52,227 nucleotides of DNA from Myxococcales bacterium. GTDB taxonomy: Bacteria > Myxococcota_A > Polyangia > Polyangiales > Polyangiaceae. Below, one piece after another: positions 28,781 through 38,609 of the stretch. Where the stretch lies: positions 1-52,227 of the forward strand of contig JAYTOU010000079.1 of assembly GCA_043747615.1 (NCBI GenBank), given 5' to 3'. Under the pieces are notes generated by a model. It worked only from the letters and a program-made list of their open reading frames with translations. It was not told the DNA's origin and did not search any database. Position numbers and translations under genes: made by a program. Within the stretch, counting starts at the first letter, position 1. Each line of letters begins with the position of its first letter.

Positions 28781-29611
28781 GTGACACCTTGCGCCACGCC
28801 TGAAGAATTCGAGAAAGCTCCCGCCGGTAAGTACTACGTGGGCCGCTGTTTCGTCTTCTTCCAGCAGTCGCCGGGGTTCGATGGACAGGCGGTGTGGGGT
28901 CATCCTGATCCCGACTCCCTCCGCCTGTACGTACGCCCCCTCGATACCGGGCTCGTGACGCCGCACGTGTCGCTCGTCGACATGCGCGCCGTCACCGGCG
29001 TGGATTTCGAGGGTTTCGACGTCATGTACCAAGGTGTTCGCGATCGCCAAGAAGGCTTCGCGCGGACGATCACGCAGCAAGCGATCCTCCGGCCAAGCGG
29101 ACCGATCGGCGCGATGGTGCTCGGCTTCTACAACTTGATTCACGTGCGCTACCCGGTGAATCATTTCACCGACGAGGACGACGCCCTCGTGTGGCTCGGG
29201 ATCGACAACCGCGGGGAGGTCCTCGCCGAGCTCTCCGAGATGCGCGAGGCCGTTTTCGGCCGCCCCGAGCTCGCGATCCGCCTTCGCAACCATCTCATCG
29301 CCAAGGCCGGTCGAGGCACACCCGACGAGATCGCACGCGCGCTCGGGCTGTCCGTGCGCAGCATGCAGCGAAAGTTGGCCGATCTCGGAACGAGCTTCCG
29401 CGACGAGGTTCACGCCTTCCGAACGGACCGCGCCAAGACGCTCCTCCTCGGCTCGGACCACTCGCTCATCGTCATTGCCGACGACTCCGGATTCGATTCC
29501 GTGCGCGCCTTCACCGAGGTCTTCGGCAAGCGGACGGGAGAGAGCCCTCAGGCCTTTCGTCTTCGCGTGCGAGCCGAGCGGGAGAGCCGGAAGCGCACGT
29601 CTACCGGGTAG
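28781..29611 (+). CDS. AraC-family transcriptional regulator with STAS/SpoIIAA-like sensor domain
   Basis: IARALGLSVRSMQRKL...IADDSGFDSVRAFTEVFGKRTGESP; N-domain ends FTDEDDALVWL. GTG start inferred. Confidence 0.88.
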   Translation: MTPCATPEEFEKAPAGKYYVGRCFVFFQQSPGFDGQAVWGHPDPDSLRLYVRPLDTGLVTPHVSLVDMRAVTGVDFEGFDVMYQGVRDRQEGFARTITQQAILRPSGPIGAMVLGFYNLIHVRYPVNHFTDEDDALVWLGIDNRGEVLAELSEMREAVFGRPELAIRLRNHLIAKAGRGTPDEIARALGLSVRSMQRKLADLGTSFRDEVHAFRTDRAKTLLLGSDHSLIVIADDSGFDSVRAFTEVFGKRTGESPQAFRLRVRAERESRKRTSTG

Positions 29612-29615
29612 ACGT
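29597..29615. terminator. Inverted repeat between convergent genes (possible bidirectional terminator)
   Basis: acgtctacc-g-ggtagacgt spanning the AraC stop; no U-tract. Confidence 0.35.
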
Positions 29616-29629
29616 CCCGCGAGCGGCGA

Positions 29630-30556
29630 TCACATAACCGGCGGACCGGGAATCACGGCGATGGTCCCGCGAGCGGCGTACCCACCGTTCGTCGTGCCTT
29701 GTTTGGTCAACCCGGATTCAATCGTGGCTGCGAATCCGGCGGGCGTCCCCCATGCGGAGCTCACCACGACCTTCAGGCCGCAGTTCGAGCAGTTTGCAGC
29801 CTCGTAGGCGCTCTCGGCCGTCGACCCGATCGTGCCGAAGAACGACTGGAAATCCGTGGCCGTCATGAGCGCCGTGCCGACTTTGTTGGGGATCGTCCAG
29901 AGGAGGCGTCCGCGATCTTTGGTCTTCGCGTCGCAGACGACGAGCGTGAACACGAGCTTCCCATTCGTTTCCGCGATCGACACCTTCCCGCAACCGTCCG
30001 CGTCTCCAGCCATGGGCAACGGTCCCGATTCATTGGCGTGGCTCTTCGAGTAGCCGGAGAGGTCGGCGCCGAAACCGATCGCCATGTTGACGGTGGTCGG
30101 TCCGTTCGCGCAGTCTTTGCTGCACGCGTCGAAGTCGAGGACGTTGCCGTCGTCGCATCCCTCCTTGCCTTGAATCTCGCCGTCGCCGCAGATGCCTGGC
30201 TTCGGAATGCAGATTTTGACGCTGGAGTGCGCGGCCATCTCGCAGGTGTACCCGTCTGGGCACGTCGCCGCGTCGCAGGCCGCAGTGCACGTCGCCGCGG
30301 GCACGCTCCCCCGGCGTCCGTCGAAGACGCAGTAGTGGTCTGGACAGCTCTCGTCTTTGATCGCGCAGGCAACGTCGGGCTCGCAACCAAACGCGCAGTG
30401 GCCGCCAAGCTCCGACTTCGGGATCAGGGGGCCGCTCCCTGCGTCGCCGTTGTTGCCGCCGGCGGACGCGGCGTTGATCACACTGGAGCAAGCAGCGAGC
30501 GGGGCGAGCAGGCCGACAATCACAGAGCACGCGAGGCGTGGGTTCGGAAGTCGCAT
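29630..30556 (-). CDS. Cys-rich lipoprotein with a Myxococcus cysteine-rich repeat (DUF4215-like)
   Basis: Lipobox LAAC; CGDGEIQGKEGCDDGNVLDFDACSKDC. Confidence 0.82.
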   Translation of the reverse strand: MRLPNPRLACSVIVGLLAPLAACSSVINAASAGGNNGDAGSGPLIPKSELGGHCAFGCEPDVACAIKDESCPDHYCVFDGRRGSVPAATCTAACDAATCPDGYTCEMAAHSSVKICIPKPGICGDGEIQGKEGCDDGNVLDFDACSKDCANGPTTVNMAIGFGADLSGYSKSHANESGPLPMAGDADGCGKVSIAETNGKLVFTLVVCDAKTKDRGRLLWTIPNKVGTALMTATDFQSFFGTIGSTAESAYEAANCSNCGLKVVVSSAWGTPAGFAATIESGLTKQGTTNGGYAARGTIAVIPGPPVM

Positions 30557-30630
30557 GCCCAGTCACCTAGCACACGGTTGCATCCGCGCCTTACACCTTC
30601 TTGAGCGGCTTCGTGTACTCTTGAAAGGCT

Positions 30631-31503
30631 TTGACCGCGGTCCGTGGTTCTTCGATGTGCATGCTTGCGGCAGCCGTGGCGGTTGGCGGTTGCTCGCAAT
30701 TGGTGAACCTTGACGGGCTCGTCGGCCCCGTCGACGCGAGCGCGTCAGACGCGAACATCACCGGGGACGGCGGCGCGGGAGACGACGCGAGAGACGGCGC
30801 GCCGGACGATGCGCCGGACGACGCGCGGGACGACCGCGGCTTCTGCGAACGGAGCGACGCGCAGTTCTGCGACGACTTCGACCAGCCCGCTCGGACCGTG
30901 CTTGCCTCCGATGGCTGGACGGGGCTCGACATGGCCGCAGGGGGTGGCTCCGCGATAGAGACTGCGCTTCCTCGTTCTTTGCCGCGAGCCGCGAAGTTCA
31001 CCTGGGCGGCGAACGTCCCGACCGGCGCCGAATGTCACTACGCGGGCCTCCACCGGGAGGCGACAGTCACGGGGTCGACGATCGCTCTCGCGTTTGCGGC
31101 GTGGCTCGGCGACGCCGCCGGGAACCTGATGCCAGACGATCTCCTCGCGCACATCGCGTGGGGCGCTGCAGACGGCACGGGCTGCACGGTGATCTGGCAG
31201 TCCTCGCCTACTGGCAACGAGCTGCGCGAGCAGGCCACGTCCATGAGTGACACGACCCACCCGCTTTCCGCCGGGCAGGCGTCGGGCGCCTGGCACGACT
31301 ACAAGATGTCCGTCGACCTCTCGACGGGGAGCCTCGGCTTCACCGTCGACGGGCGCAACGCTTTCGCTGCTCCCGTCCAGCTGCGAAGCGCATGCCTCCA
31401 TCCGTTCGTTAGGGTGTCCATGAGCATCGGCTTTTACTGCGCGTCGAGCAACCCGCTCCCCGCCGAGGTCCGCTTCGACAACGTCACGTTCAGCGCGCGC
31501 TGA
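30631..31503 (+). CDS. Lipoprotein with Asp/Gly/Ala linker and ConA-like beta-sandwich
   Basis: Lipobox VGGC; FCDDFD, GAWHDY, VRFDNV. Alternative ATG at 30655. Confidence 0.75.
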   Translation: MTAVRGSSMCMLAAAVAVGGCSQLVNLDGLVGPVDASASDANITGDGGAGDDARDGAPDDAPDDARDDRGFCERSDAQFCDDFDQPARTVLASDGWTGLDMAAGGGSAIETALPRSLPRAAKFTWAANVPTGAECHYAGLHREATVTGSTIALAFAAWLGDAAGNLMPDDLLAHIAWGAADGTGCTVIWQSSPTGNELREQATSMSDTTHPLSAGQASGAWHDYKMSVDLSTGSLGFTVDGRNAFAAPVQLRSACLHPFVRVSMSIGFYCASSNPLPAEVRFDNVTFSAR

Positions 31504-31675
31504 CGGGAGACGTGCGGTCGAACGTAGACGCGGAGAGGCGAGTGAGGTGATGGATGCGCATGACGTCGTTGCTCTGGACGTGGAATGCCTGGGGCCGAGC
31601 AAGGACCCACCAGGTGAAAGCCAGAGTCTGCGTTTGTAAAACACCAGGGTTCTAGAGCTGTGGTACGCGTGGGGC

Positions 31676-33013
31676 ATGGCCGAGATCGCCCCCCTTACGC
31701 CGCTCCGTTACAACCTCTCCAAGCTGCCAGCCGGCCTCGCGGGCGTGGTCGCGCCGCCGTACGACGTCATCGGTGACAAAGAGCGCACCGATCTCTGCGC
31801 GCGCGATCCTCACAACGTCGTTCGCTTGATCCTCCCGCAAGAGATCAACGGAGACGGAGACGCGAAGTATGGGCGCGCGGCGAAGCTCCTCGCGGAGTGG
31901 CGAGAAAGCGAAGTGCTCGTGCGCGACACGGAGCCGGCTCTCTACCGCTACGATCAAACGTTCCTCCCGCCGAGCCCGGGCGGGGAAAACAAGGCGATTA
32001 CGCGTCGCGGATTTCTCGCGCTGGTGAAGCTCGTTCCTTTCGCGGATGGCATCGTCCTTCCCCACGAGCGCACGCTGTCGGGTCCGAAGGAAGATCGCCT
32101 GAAGCTCTTTCGCGCCACGAAGACGAACTTGAGCCCTGGCTTCATGCTCTACCGCGATCCTTCGGGTGCTCTCGAAGCGCCGCTCGAGACCGGCGCCGTC
32201 GTCACCGCGTTCTCGACCGAAGACGGCATCCACCACGTTCTCGCGAAAGTAACGGCCCCCGACGCGCTTCGAGCGATCGTGGACGGGATCGCGAAATCGA
32301 CCCTGCTCATCGCCGACGGGCATCACCGCTATGAGACGGCGCTCCGTTACGCAGGAGAGGTGGGTCAAGCCCAGCCGGGTGCCGGGCCGCGCGCCGCGCA
32401 TCGCTATTTCATGACGTTTCTCGTGAACGGAGACGATCCGAACCTCGTCGTCTTCCCGACGCACCGCTATGTGCACTCGCTTGCGTCGTTCGCGTTCGAG
32501 GCTCTCGTCGAGCGAGCGAAGGCCACGTTCGAGGTGACGCCGCTCGAAGCCGGCATCGACGCCGCGGGCATTTTAAAGGCCATTCGCGGACAGAGTGGGC
32601 CGGCCATGGCCTGTGCTACGACCGACGGTCGCGCCGCGGTGTTCGTCCTCCGGGGAGACGTGAACCTCGCGCAGCACCCAACGTTAGGAAAATACCCGGA
32701 CGTCCTCCGCCGGACGGACGTCGCCATTCTGCACGCCGGGATCCTCGAGCACCTCCTCGGCATTACGCCCGAAGCGCAGGCAGCCAAGACGAATCTGCTC
32801 TACCCGCAGGACGCGCGCGCCGCGCTTGCCGATCTGCGCGCAGGCACCGGCCAGGTTCTCTTTCTGATGAATCCGACGCCGGTCGCGGACGTAAGACAGG
32901 TGGCGGAAGCGGGCGAAGTGATGCCTCAGAAGTCGACGTTCTTCTTCCCGAAGGTCCTCACCGGTCTCGCCATCCACACCCTCGAGCCCGATCGCACCGT
33001 CGCGCAGGTCTAG
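31676..33013 (+). CDS. DUF1015 family protein (ParB-like)
   Basis: APPYDVI, PHERTL..PKEDRL, IADGHHRYETA, MPQKSTFFFPK. Confidence 0.92.
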   Translation: MAEIAPLTPLRYNLSKLPAGLAGVVAPPYDVIGDKERTDLCARDPHNVVRLILPQEINGDGDAKYGRAAKLLAEWRESEVLVRDTEPALYRYDQTFLPPSPGGENKAITRRGFLALVKLVPFADGIVLPHERTLSGPKEDRLKLFRATKTNLSPGFMLYRDPSGALEAPLETGAVVTAFSTEDGIHHVLAKVTAPDALRAIVDGIAKSTLLIADGHHRYETALRYAGEVGQAQPGAGPRAAHRYFMTFLVNGDDPNLVVFPTHRYVHSLASFAFEALVERAKATFEVTPLEAGIDAAGILKAIRGQSGPAMACATTDGRAAVFVLRGDVNLAQHPTLGKYPDVLRRTDVAILHAGILEHLLGITPEAQAAKTNLLYPQDARAALADLRAGTGQVLFLMNPTPVADVRQVAEAGEVMPQKSTFFFPKVLTGLAIHTLEPDRTVAQV

Positions 33014-33118
33014 CGTTCGGAGGTGCGGGTGTTTATCTTCACGTGAGGCGGCGCGAAAAACGCACGGGAGCGCTTCTTTCCCCGTGCAAAACCAGGCGTA
33101 GTCGAGCAAGGATGACCC

Positions 33119-35557
33119 ATGTCTGAAAAGTCCGACAAGAAGGCCCCCCCCGTCCCGCCGCGCCTGCAGGACGAAGACGTCGTCCAATTCGGCGACGAGC
33201 TCCCCGTCCTCCCGATCCGCAACGCCGTGCTCTTCCCGGGCGCCGTTGCTCCGTTCGATGTGGGGCGCGAAAAATCGGTCGCCCTCGTCGAAGACGTCGA
33301 CAACCTGACGAGCCCGGTCATTGCCATCTTCGCCCAGCGCGATCCGTCGACCGACGATCCCGGCGCAGACGATCTCCACAACGTCGGATGCGCGGCGAGG
33401 GTCCTCAAAGCCCTCAAGCACAGCTCGGGGAACTACTCCCTCATCCTGCAGGGTCTCGTGCGCATCCGTCTCGACGACGTGACGCAGACCGCGCCGTACC
33501 TGAAGGCGAAAGTGAAGCGCCTCGACGAAGCCGGCCTCGAGGACGACGAAGCGGAAGCTCTCTCGATGAGCCTTCGCGACATCGCAAAGCAAGTCATCCA
33601 GCTGATGCCCGAGCTTCCGCGTGAAGCGGGCTCGCTCATCGATTCCATCCAGGCCCCTGGCGCCCTCGCGGATCTCGTGGCCGCGAACCTCGACGCGCCG
33701 GTCGAAGAAAAAGCGCAGCTCCTCGAGACCGTCGACGTGAAGGAGCGCATCCGCAAGGTGCTTCGTCTCCTCACTCGCCAGCTCGAAATCCTCAAGATGA
33801 GGGAGCGCATCAACTCCCAGATCAAAGAGGAGATGGGCAAGAACCAGCGCGAGTACGTGCTGCGCCAGCAGCTGAAGGCCATCAAAGAGGAGCTCGGCGA
33901 GGACGACGGCGACCAGGGAGACCTCGACGGTCTCGAAGATCGCATCTCGAAGGCCCTTCTCCCCACCGAGGCCGAGCAGGTCGCAAAAAAGCAGATCAAG
34001 CGGCTGCGCAACATGCAGGTCGGCTCGGCGGAGTACACCGTCGTCCGCACCTACCTCGACTGGATCCTAGATTTGCCGTGGCACGTGCAGACGCCCGACA
34101 ACATGGAGATCGCCGCCGTCCGTAAGGTCCTCGACGAGGATCACTACGGCCTCGAGAAGGTCAAAAAGCGCATCCTCGAGTACCTCGCCGTCCGTAAATT
34201 AAAGAAGGACAAGAAGGGCCCGATCCTCTGTCTCATCGGTCCTCCCGGCGTCGGTAAGACCTCGCTCGGCAAGAGCATCGCACGCGCCCTCGGCAGGAAA
34301 TTCCACCGCATCTCCCTCGGCGGCGTCCACGACGAGGCGGCCATCCGTGGTCACCGTCGCACGTACGTCGGCGCGCTCCCCGGTCAGATCATCCAGGGAA
34401 TGAAGAAGGCGAACACTATCAACCCCGTCTTCATGATGGACGAGGTCGACAAGATCGGTCACGACTTCCGCGGCGATCCGGCGGCCGCTCTCCTCGAAGT
34501 TCTCGATCCCGAACAGAACAACACGTTCGCGGATCACTACCTCGAGATCCCCTACGACTTGTCGAACGTCATGTTCGTGGCCACCGCGAACGTCGCCGAT
34601 CCCATCCCGGCGCCGCTCCGCGATCGCATGGAAATCCTGGAAATCCCTGGCTACACGCGGCGGGAGAAGCTGGCCATCGCGCGCCAGCACTTGCTCCCCA
34701 AGCAGATCGAAGACCACGGCATCACGCCGCAGCAGCTCGACATCACCGATGCCGCGGTGGAGATCGTCATCGACAGCTACACGCGCGAAGCTGGCGTTCG
34801 TACGCTCGAGCGTCAACTCGCCAGCGTGATCCGAGGAGTTGCCGTAAAGATCGCCGAGGGGGATCTCACCCCGCGAAAGATCGAGAACGAAGAGCAACTC
34901 CGCGAGTTCCTCGGCGCCCAGCGCTACACGAGTGAAGTCGCAGAGCGCACCGAGGAAGCAGGCGTCGCGACCGGCCTTGCCTGGACGAGCGTCGGCGGCG
35001 AAATCCTCTTCATCGAGGCCACGCGCATGTTCGGCACCGGCAAGCTACAGCTCACCGGTCAGCTCGGCGATGTCATGAAGGAGAGCGCTCAGGCCGCACT
35101 TTCCTACGTGCGCTCCAACGCCGAACGGCTCGGCATCGCCAAGGATTTCCTCGAGAAGAGCGACATCCACATCCACATCCCCGCTGGCGGCATGCCCAAG
35201 GATGGCCCCTCCGCAGGCGTGACGATGTTCACCGCTCTCGTCTCGATGCTCACGGGCGTTCGCGTTCGCCACGACGTGGCAATGACGGGGGAAATCACCC
35301 TTCGCGGGCGCGTGCTCCCGATCGGTGGGCTCAAGGAAAAAGTGCTCGCCGCTCATCGCGCAGGCATCAAGCGCGTGATCGTCCCCGAGCGAAACAAGGC
35401 AGACCTCGACGAGGTGCCTGCCGAGGTGAAGAACGATCTCGAGTTCTTCTTCGTGAGCAAGATGGAGCAGGTTCTCGAGGCGGCCCTCGAAGACAAGCTC
35501 GCGCCGAAGCCCGAGGACAAAGCCGAGACGCCTCCGGCCGCTCCTCCCGCCAACTAG
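33119..35557 (+). CDS. lon: ATP-dependent protease La (LonD/BsgA-like)
   Basis: LON N-domain, DHYGLEKVK, GPPGVGKTS, PKDGPSAG, PIGGLKEK. Confidence 0.97.
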   Translation: MSEKSDKKAPPVPPRLQDEDVVQFGDELPVLPIRNAVLFPGAVAPFDVGREKSVALVEDVDNLTSPVIAIFAQRDPSTDDPGADDLHNVGCAARVLKALKHSSGNYSLILQGLVRIRLDDVTQTAPYLKAKVKRLDEAGLEDDEAEALSMSLRDIAKQVIQLMPELPREAGSLIDSIQAPGALADLVAANLDAPVEEKAQLLETVDVKERIRKVLRLLTRQLEILKMRERINSQIKEEMGKNQREYVLRQQLKAIKEELGEDDGDQGDLDGLEDRISKALLPTEAEQVAKKQIKRLRNMQVGSAEYTVVRTYLDWILDLPWHVQTPDNMEIAAVRKVLDEDHYGLEKVKKRILEYLAVRKLKKDKKGPILCLIGPPGVGKTSLGKSIARALGRKFHRISLGGVHDEAAIRGHRRTYVGALPGQIIQGMKKANTINPVFMMDEVDKIGHDFRGDPAAALLEVLDPEQNNTFADHYLEIPYDLSNVMFVATANVADPIPAPLRDRMEILEIPGYTRREKLAIARQHLLPKQIEDHGITPQQLDITDAAVEIVIDSYTREAGVRTLERQLASVIRGVAVKIAEGDLTPRKIENEEQLREFLGAQRYTSEVAERTEEAGVATGLAWTSVGGEILFIEATRMFGTGKLQLTGQLGDVMKESAQAALSYVRSNAERLGIAKDFLEKSDIHIHIPAGGMPKDGPSAGVTMFTALVSMLTGVRVRHDVAMTGEITLRGRVLPIGGLKEKVLAAHRAGIKRVIVPERNKADLDEVPAEVKNDLEFFFVSKMEQVLEAALEDKLAPKPEDKAETPPAAPPAN

Positions 35558-35562
35558 CTCAC

Positions 35563-36852
35563 GTGATTCGGCTCGGGCTTCTCGGGTGCGGCACCGTCGG
35601 TGGCGGTGTCATCGAGCTTCTTCGCGCAAACGCGACCTACCTTGCCTCGCGCATCGGTGCGCCCGTCGAGGTGGTGCGCGTCCTCGTTCGCGATGGGGAA
35701 AAAGAGCGCGTTCCGTCGCTCGACCGCAAGCTCCTCACGACGGATCCTGAGGTCGTCCTCGGCGACGCGTCGATCGACGTCTTCGTCGAGGTGATGGGCG
35801 GCGTCGATCCGGCCCGCGTCTATGTCGAGCGTGCCATCGACATGAAGCGCGGGGTCGTCACGGCCAACAAGATGCTCCTCGCAATGCACGGGCCCGACCT
35901 CGTCGAGCGCGCGATCAAGGCGGGCGTCGACCTTGCCTTCGAGGGCTCCGTCGGCGGAGGAATTCCGATCATCCGCACCCTCCGAGAAGCGCTCGCCAGC
36001 GACTGGATCGAGAGCCTCTCCGGCATCGTGAACGGAACCTGCAACTTCGTCCTCACGCGCATGGAAAAAGACGGACTGTCGTTCGACGACGCCGTCCGCG
36101 AAGCGCAAGACAAGGGCTACGCCGAAGCGGATCCGGGGCTCGACGTCGACGGCCACGACGCAGCGCACAAGCTCGTCGTCCTGGCCATGCTCGCCTTCGG
36201 TGCGCGGGTGCAGAGCGAGAGCGTTTACACCGAAGGCATCAGGGCGATCGCTCCCATCGATCACGCCTTCGCCGCGCGCTTCGGGTACGCGATCAAGCAC
36301 CTCGCCATTGGGCGTGATCGAGGCGACAGCATTGAGCTTCGGGTCCATCCGGCGCTCGTCAAGCGAGACACGATGATCGCCAACGTTGGCGGAGTGCTCA
36401 ACGCCATCGCTCTCGAAGGCCGCGCTCTCGGCCCTTGTCTCCTTGCTGGCCGCGGCGCGGGGGACATGCCGACCGCAGTGAGCGTCGTCGCAGACGTCGT
36501 CGACGTTGCGCGCGCGCGTCTGAACGGAGCGGCGGGGCTGATGACCCGAGGGCTCCACCTCGAAGCGCGGAAGCTCGCGCCCATGGACGACGTGGAATGT
36601 CCCTATTTCCTGCGCTTTCAGGTGTTCGATCGTCCGGGCGTGCTCGCTCAGATCACGGGCGCGCTCGGAGACGCAAAGGTGTCGATCGAGCAGATGGTGC
36701 AGCAAGGGGGGGGGGACTCGCGCGGCGCGGCCGTGCAGGTGGTGATGACGACCCACATCGCGCGCGAGCGGGACGTGACGCGTGCGCTTGCCGTGATCGC
36801 CAAGAAAGATTTCGTCGCTGCGCCTCCGCGAATGATCCGCGTGCAGCCCTAG
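35563..36852 (+). CDS. hom: Homoserine dehydrogenase with C-terminal ACT domain
   Basis: GCGTVGGG, VTANK, FEGSVGGGIP, NGTCNF, GYAEADP, DRPGVL. Confidence 0.96.
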   Translation: MIRLGLLGCGTVGGGVIELLRANATYLASRIGAPVEVVRVLVRDGEKERVPSLDRKLLTTDPEVVLGDASIDVFVEVMGGVDPARVYVERAIDMKRGVVTANKMLLAMHGPDLVERAIKAGVDLAFEGSVGGGIPIIRTLREALASDWIESLSGIVNGTCNFVLTRMEKDGLSFDDAVREAQDKGYAEADPGLDVDGHDAAHKLVVLAMLAFGARVQSESVYTEGIRAIAPIDHAFAARFGYAIKHLAIGRDRGDSIELRVHPALVKRDTMIANVGGVLNAIALEGRALGPCLLAGRGAGDMPTAVSVVADVVDVARARLNGAAGLMTRGLHLEARKLAPMDDVECPYFLRFQVFDRPGVLAQITGALGDAKVSIEQMVQQGGGDSRGAAVQVVMTTHIARERDVTRALAVIAKKDFVAAPPRMIRVQP

Positions 36853-37692
36853 CTACAGATCGACCTGCTCCACGTGGGGGATCGCTCCGCCCAAGAAGCG
36901 GCCGGCCACGTCGGCGAAGCTTTTGGGCATGTCAGTCACGAATAGGCTTGTTTTTCCGAGGGTTGATGCGTCTCGCTGGAGGCCGCGCGCTTCGAGAAAG
37001 CTCACTACCTCGGTGGCGATCACCGCCGCGCTGTCGACGATCGTTACGTGCGGGCCGATGAGATCGCGCGCTTCCGATTCGATGACCGCGCGAAGCAGCG
37101 GGTAGTGCGTGCAGCCGAGGACGACGACGTCGACCCCCGCGCGGGCGAGCGGCTCCAGGTAACGGCGGGCCGCAAGCCGAGGCACCTCACCCTCCGTCCA
37201 CCCTTCTTCGGCGAGCGGAACGAGGAGCGGCGCCGCCTGGCACGTCACCTCTGCGCGCGTGGAGATGCTGATCACTGCGCGGGTGTACGCGCCCGACGCG
37301 ATGGTTGCCGGCGTGGCCAATACCCCTATTTTTCCCGTCTTCGACGCGAGCACGGCGGCGCGTGCGTTGGGCTCGATCACCGCGAGCACGGGGAGATCGA
37401 GATCGATTCGTAGGCGCTCCGGCGCGACGGCGCTCACGGTGTTGCATGCGATCACGATGGCCTTCACCCCGTGGCCCACTAGGTGCTGCGCGCACAGGCT
37501 CGCGTACTTGATGACCGTCGCGGCTCCGCGCGTGCCGTACGGGACGCGTGCCGTGTCACCGAGGTAGACGATGTCTTCGTGCGGAAGCGCGGCGCGAAGG
37601 GCGCGCACCACGGTGAGGCCTCCGAGCCCCGAGTCGAACACGCCGAGCGGGCCGCCTGCCTGTGCGCGCTGCGCCGTCGTCTTGGTGGTCAT
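36853..37692 (-). CDS. murI: Glutamate racemase
   Basis: [27 protein letters not shown]. Confidence 0.96.
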   Translation of the reverse strand: MTTKTTAQRAQAGGPLGVFDSGLGGLTVVRALRAALPHEDIVYLGDTARVPYGTRGAATVIKYASLCAQHLVGHGVKAIVIACNTVSAVAPERLRIDLDLPVLAVIEPNARAAVLASKTGKIGVLATPATIASGAYTRAVISISTRAEVTCQAAPLLVPLAEEGWTEGEVPRLAARRYLEPLARAGVDVVVLGCTHYPLLRAVIESEARDLIGPHVTIVDSAAVIATEVVSFLEARGLQRDASTLGKTSLFVTDMPKSFADVAGRFLGGAIPHVEQVDL

Positions 37693-38609
37693 GGGACCTT
37701 CATCACCAGATCGAGCACGGCCATGCGCACCGCGACGCCTGCCTCGACCTGCTCGAGAATGGCGCTTCGCTCTCCGTCGGCGATCCGTGGATCGAGCTCG
37801 ACGCCGCGGTTCACGGGGCCGGGGTGCATGACGATCGCTCCCTTTTTCGCCAGCGAAAGCCGAACCTCGTTGAGCCCGAAGGTGCGGCTGTACTCGCGCG
37901 TGGTGGCCATCATCGCCCCTGCCAGGCGCTCGTGCTGGATGCGGAGCATCATGACCACGTCAACGCCCGAGACGGCCTCCTCGATCCGGTCGAAGAGGCG
38001 AACGCGCGCACCGAGCGCCTCCGCCGCGACGGGAAGCATCGTCTTCGGACCGCACAGCCGCACGTCGGCACCCAGCTTGCCGAAGAGGAGCGCGTTCGAG
38101 CGGGCGACGCGCGAGTGGAGAATGTCTCCGCAGATGGCGATAGTGAGACCGTGCAAGCGCCCTAATTTATGGCGGATCGTGAACGCGTCGAGGAGCGCCT
38201 GGGTAGGGTGCTCGTGCTCTCCGTCGCCGGCGTTGACGATGCGCGCCTTCGTTCGCGGGGCGACGAAGTGCGGGGCGCCGGAGGCATGGTGGCGCATGAC
38301 GATGATGTCGCTCGTCATCGCTTCGACGTTCTTGACGGTGTCGAGAAGCGTCTCGCCCTTGGCCACGCTAGACGTCGAGGCATTGACGTTGATGACGTCG
38401 CCCCCGAGTCGCTTGGCTGCGAGCTCGAACGAGGTGCGGGTGCGGGTCGAGGCCTCGAAGAAGACGTTGAGGATCGTTTTGCCGCGGAGGACGCCCCGAT
38501 GCCCAGGCGCCGAGGTGTCTTTGAAGTAGTCCTCCGCGCGATCGAGAACCGTGAGGACGTCCGCGCTCGTGAGCGCGTCGATTCCGAGGAGGTGGCGGTG
38601 ACTCCACAT
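37689..38609 (-). CDS. pyrB: Aspartate carbamoyltransferase catalytic subunit
   Basis: [53 protein letters not shown]. Start at MWSHRHLLG. Confidence 0.96.
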   Translation of the reverse strand: MWSHRHLLGIDALTSADVLTVLDRAEDYFKDTSAPGHRGVLRGKTILNVFFEASTRTRTSFELAAKRLGGDVINVNASTSSVAKGETLLDTVKNVEAMTSDIIVMRHHASGAPHFVAPRTKARIVNAGDGEHEHPTQALLDAFTIRHKLGRLHGLTIAICGDILHSRVARSNALLFGKLGADVRLCGPKTMLPVAAEALGARVRLFDRIEEAVSGVDVVMMLRIQHERLAGAMMATTREYSRTFGLNEVRLSLAKKGAIVMHPGPVNRGVELDPRIADGERSAILEQVEAGVAVRMAVLDLVMKVP

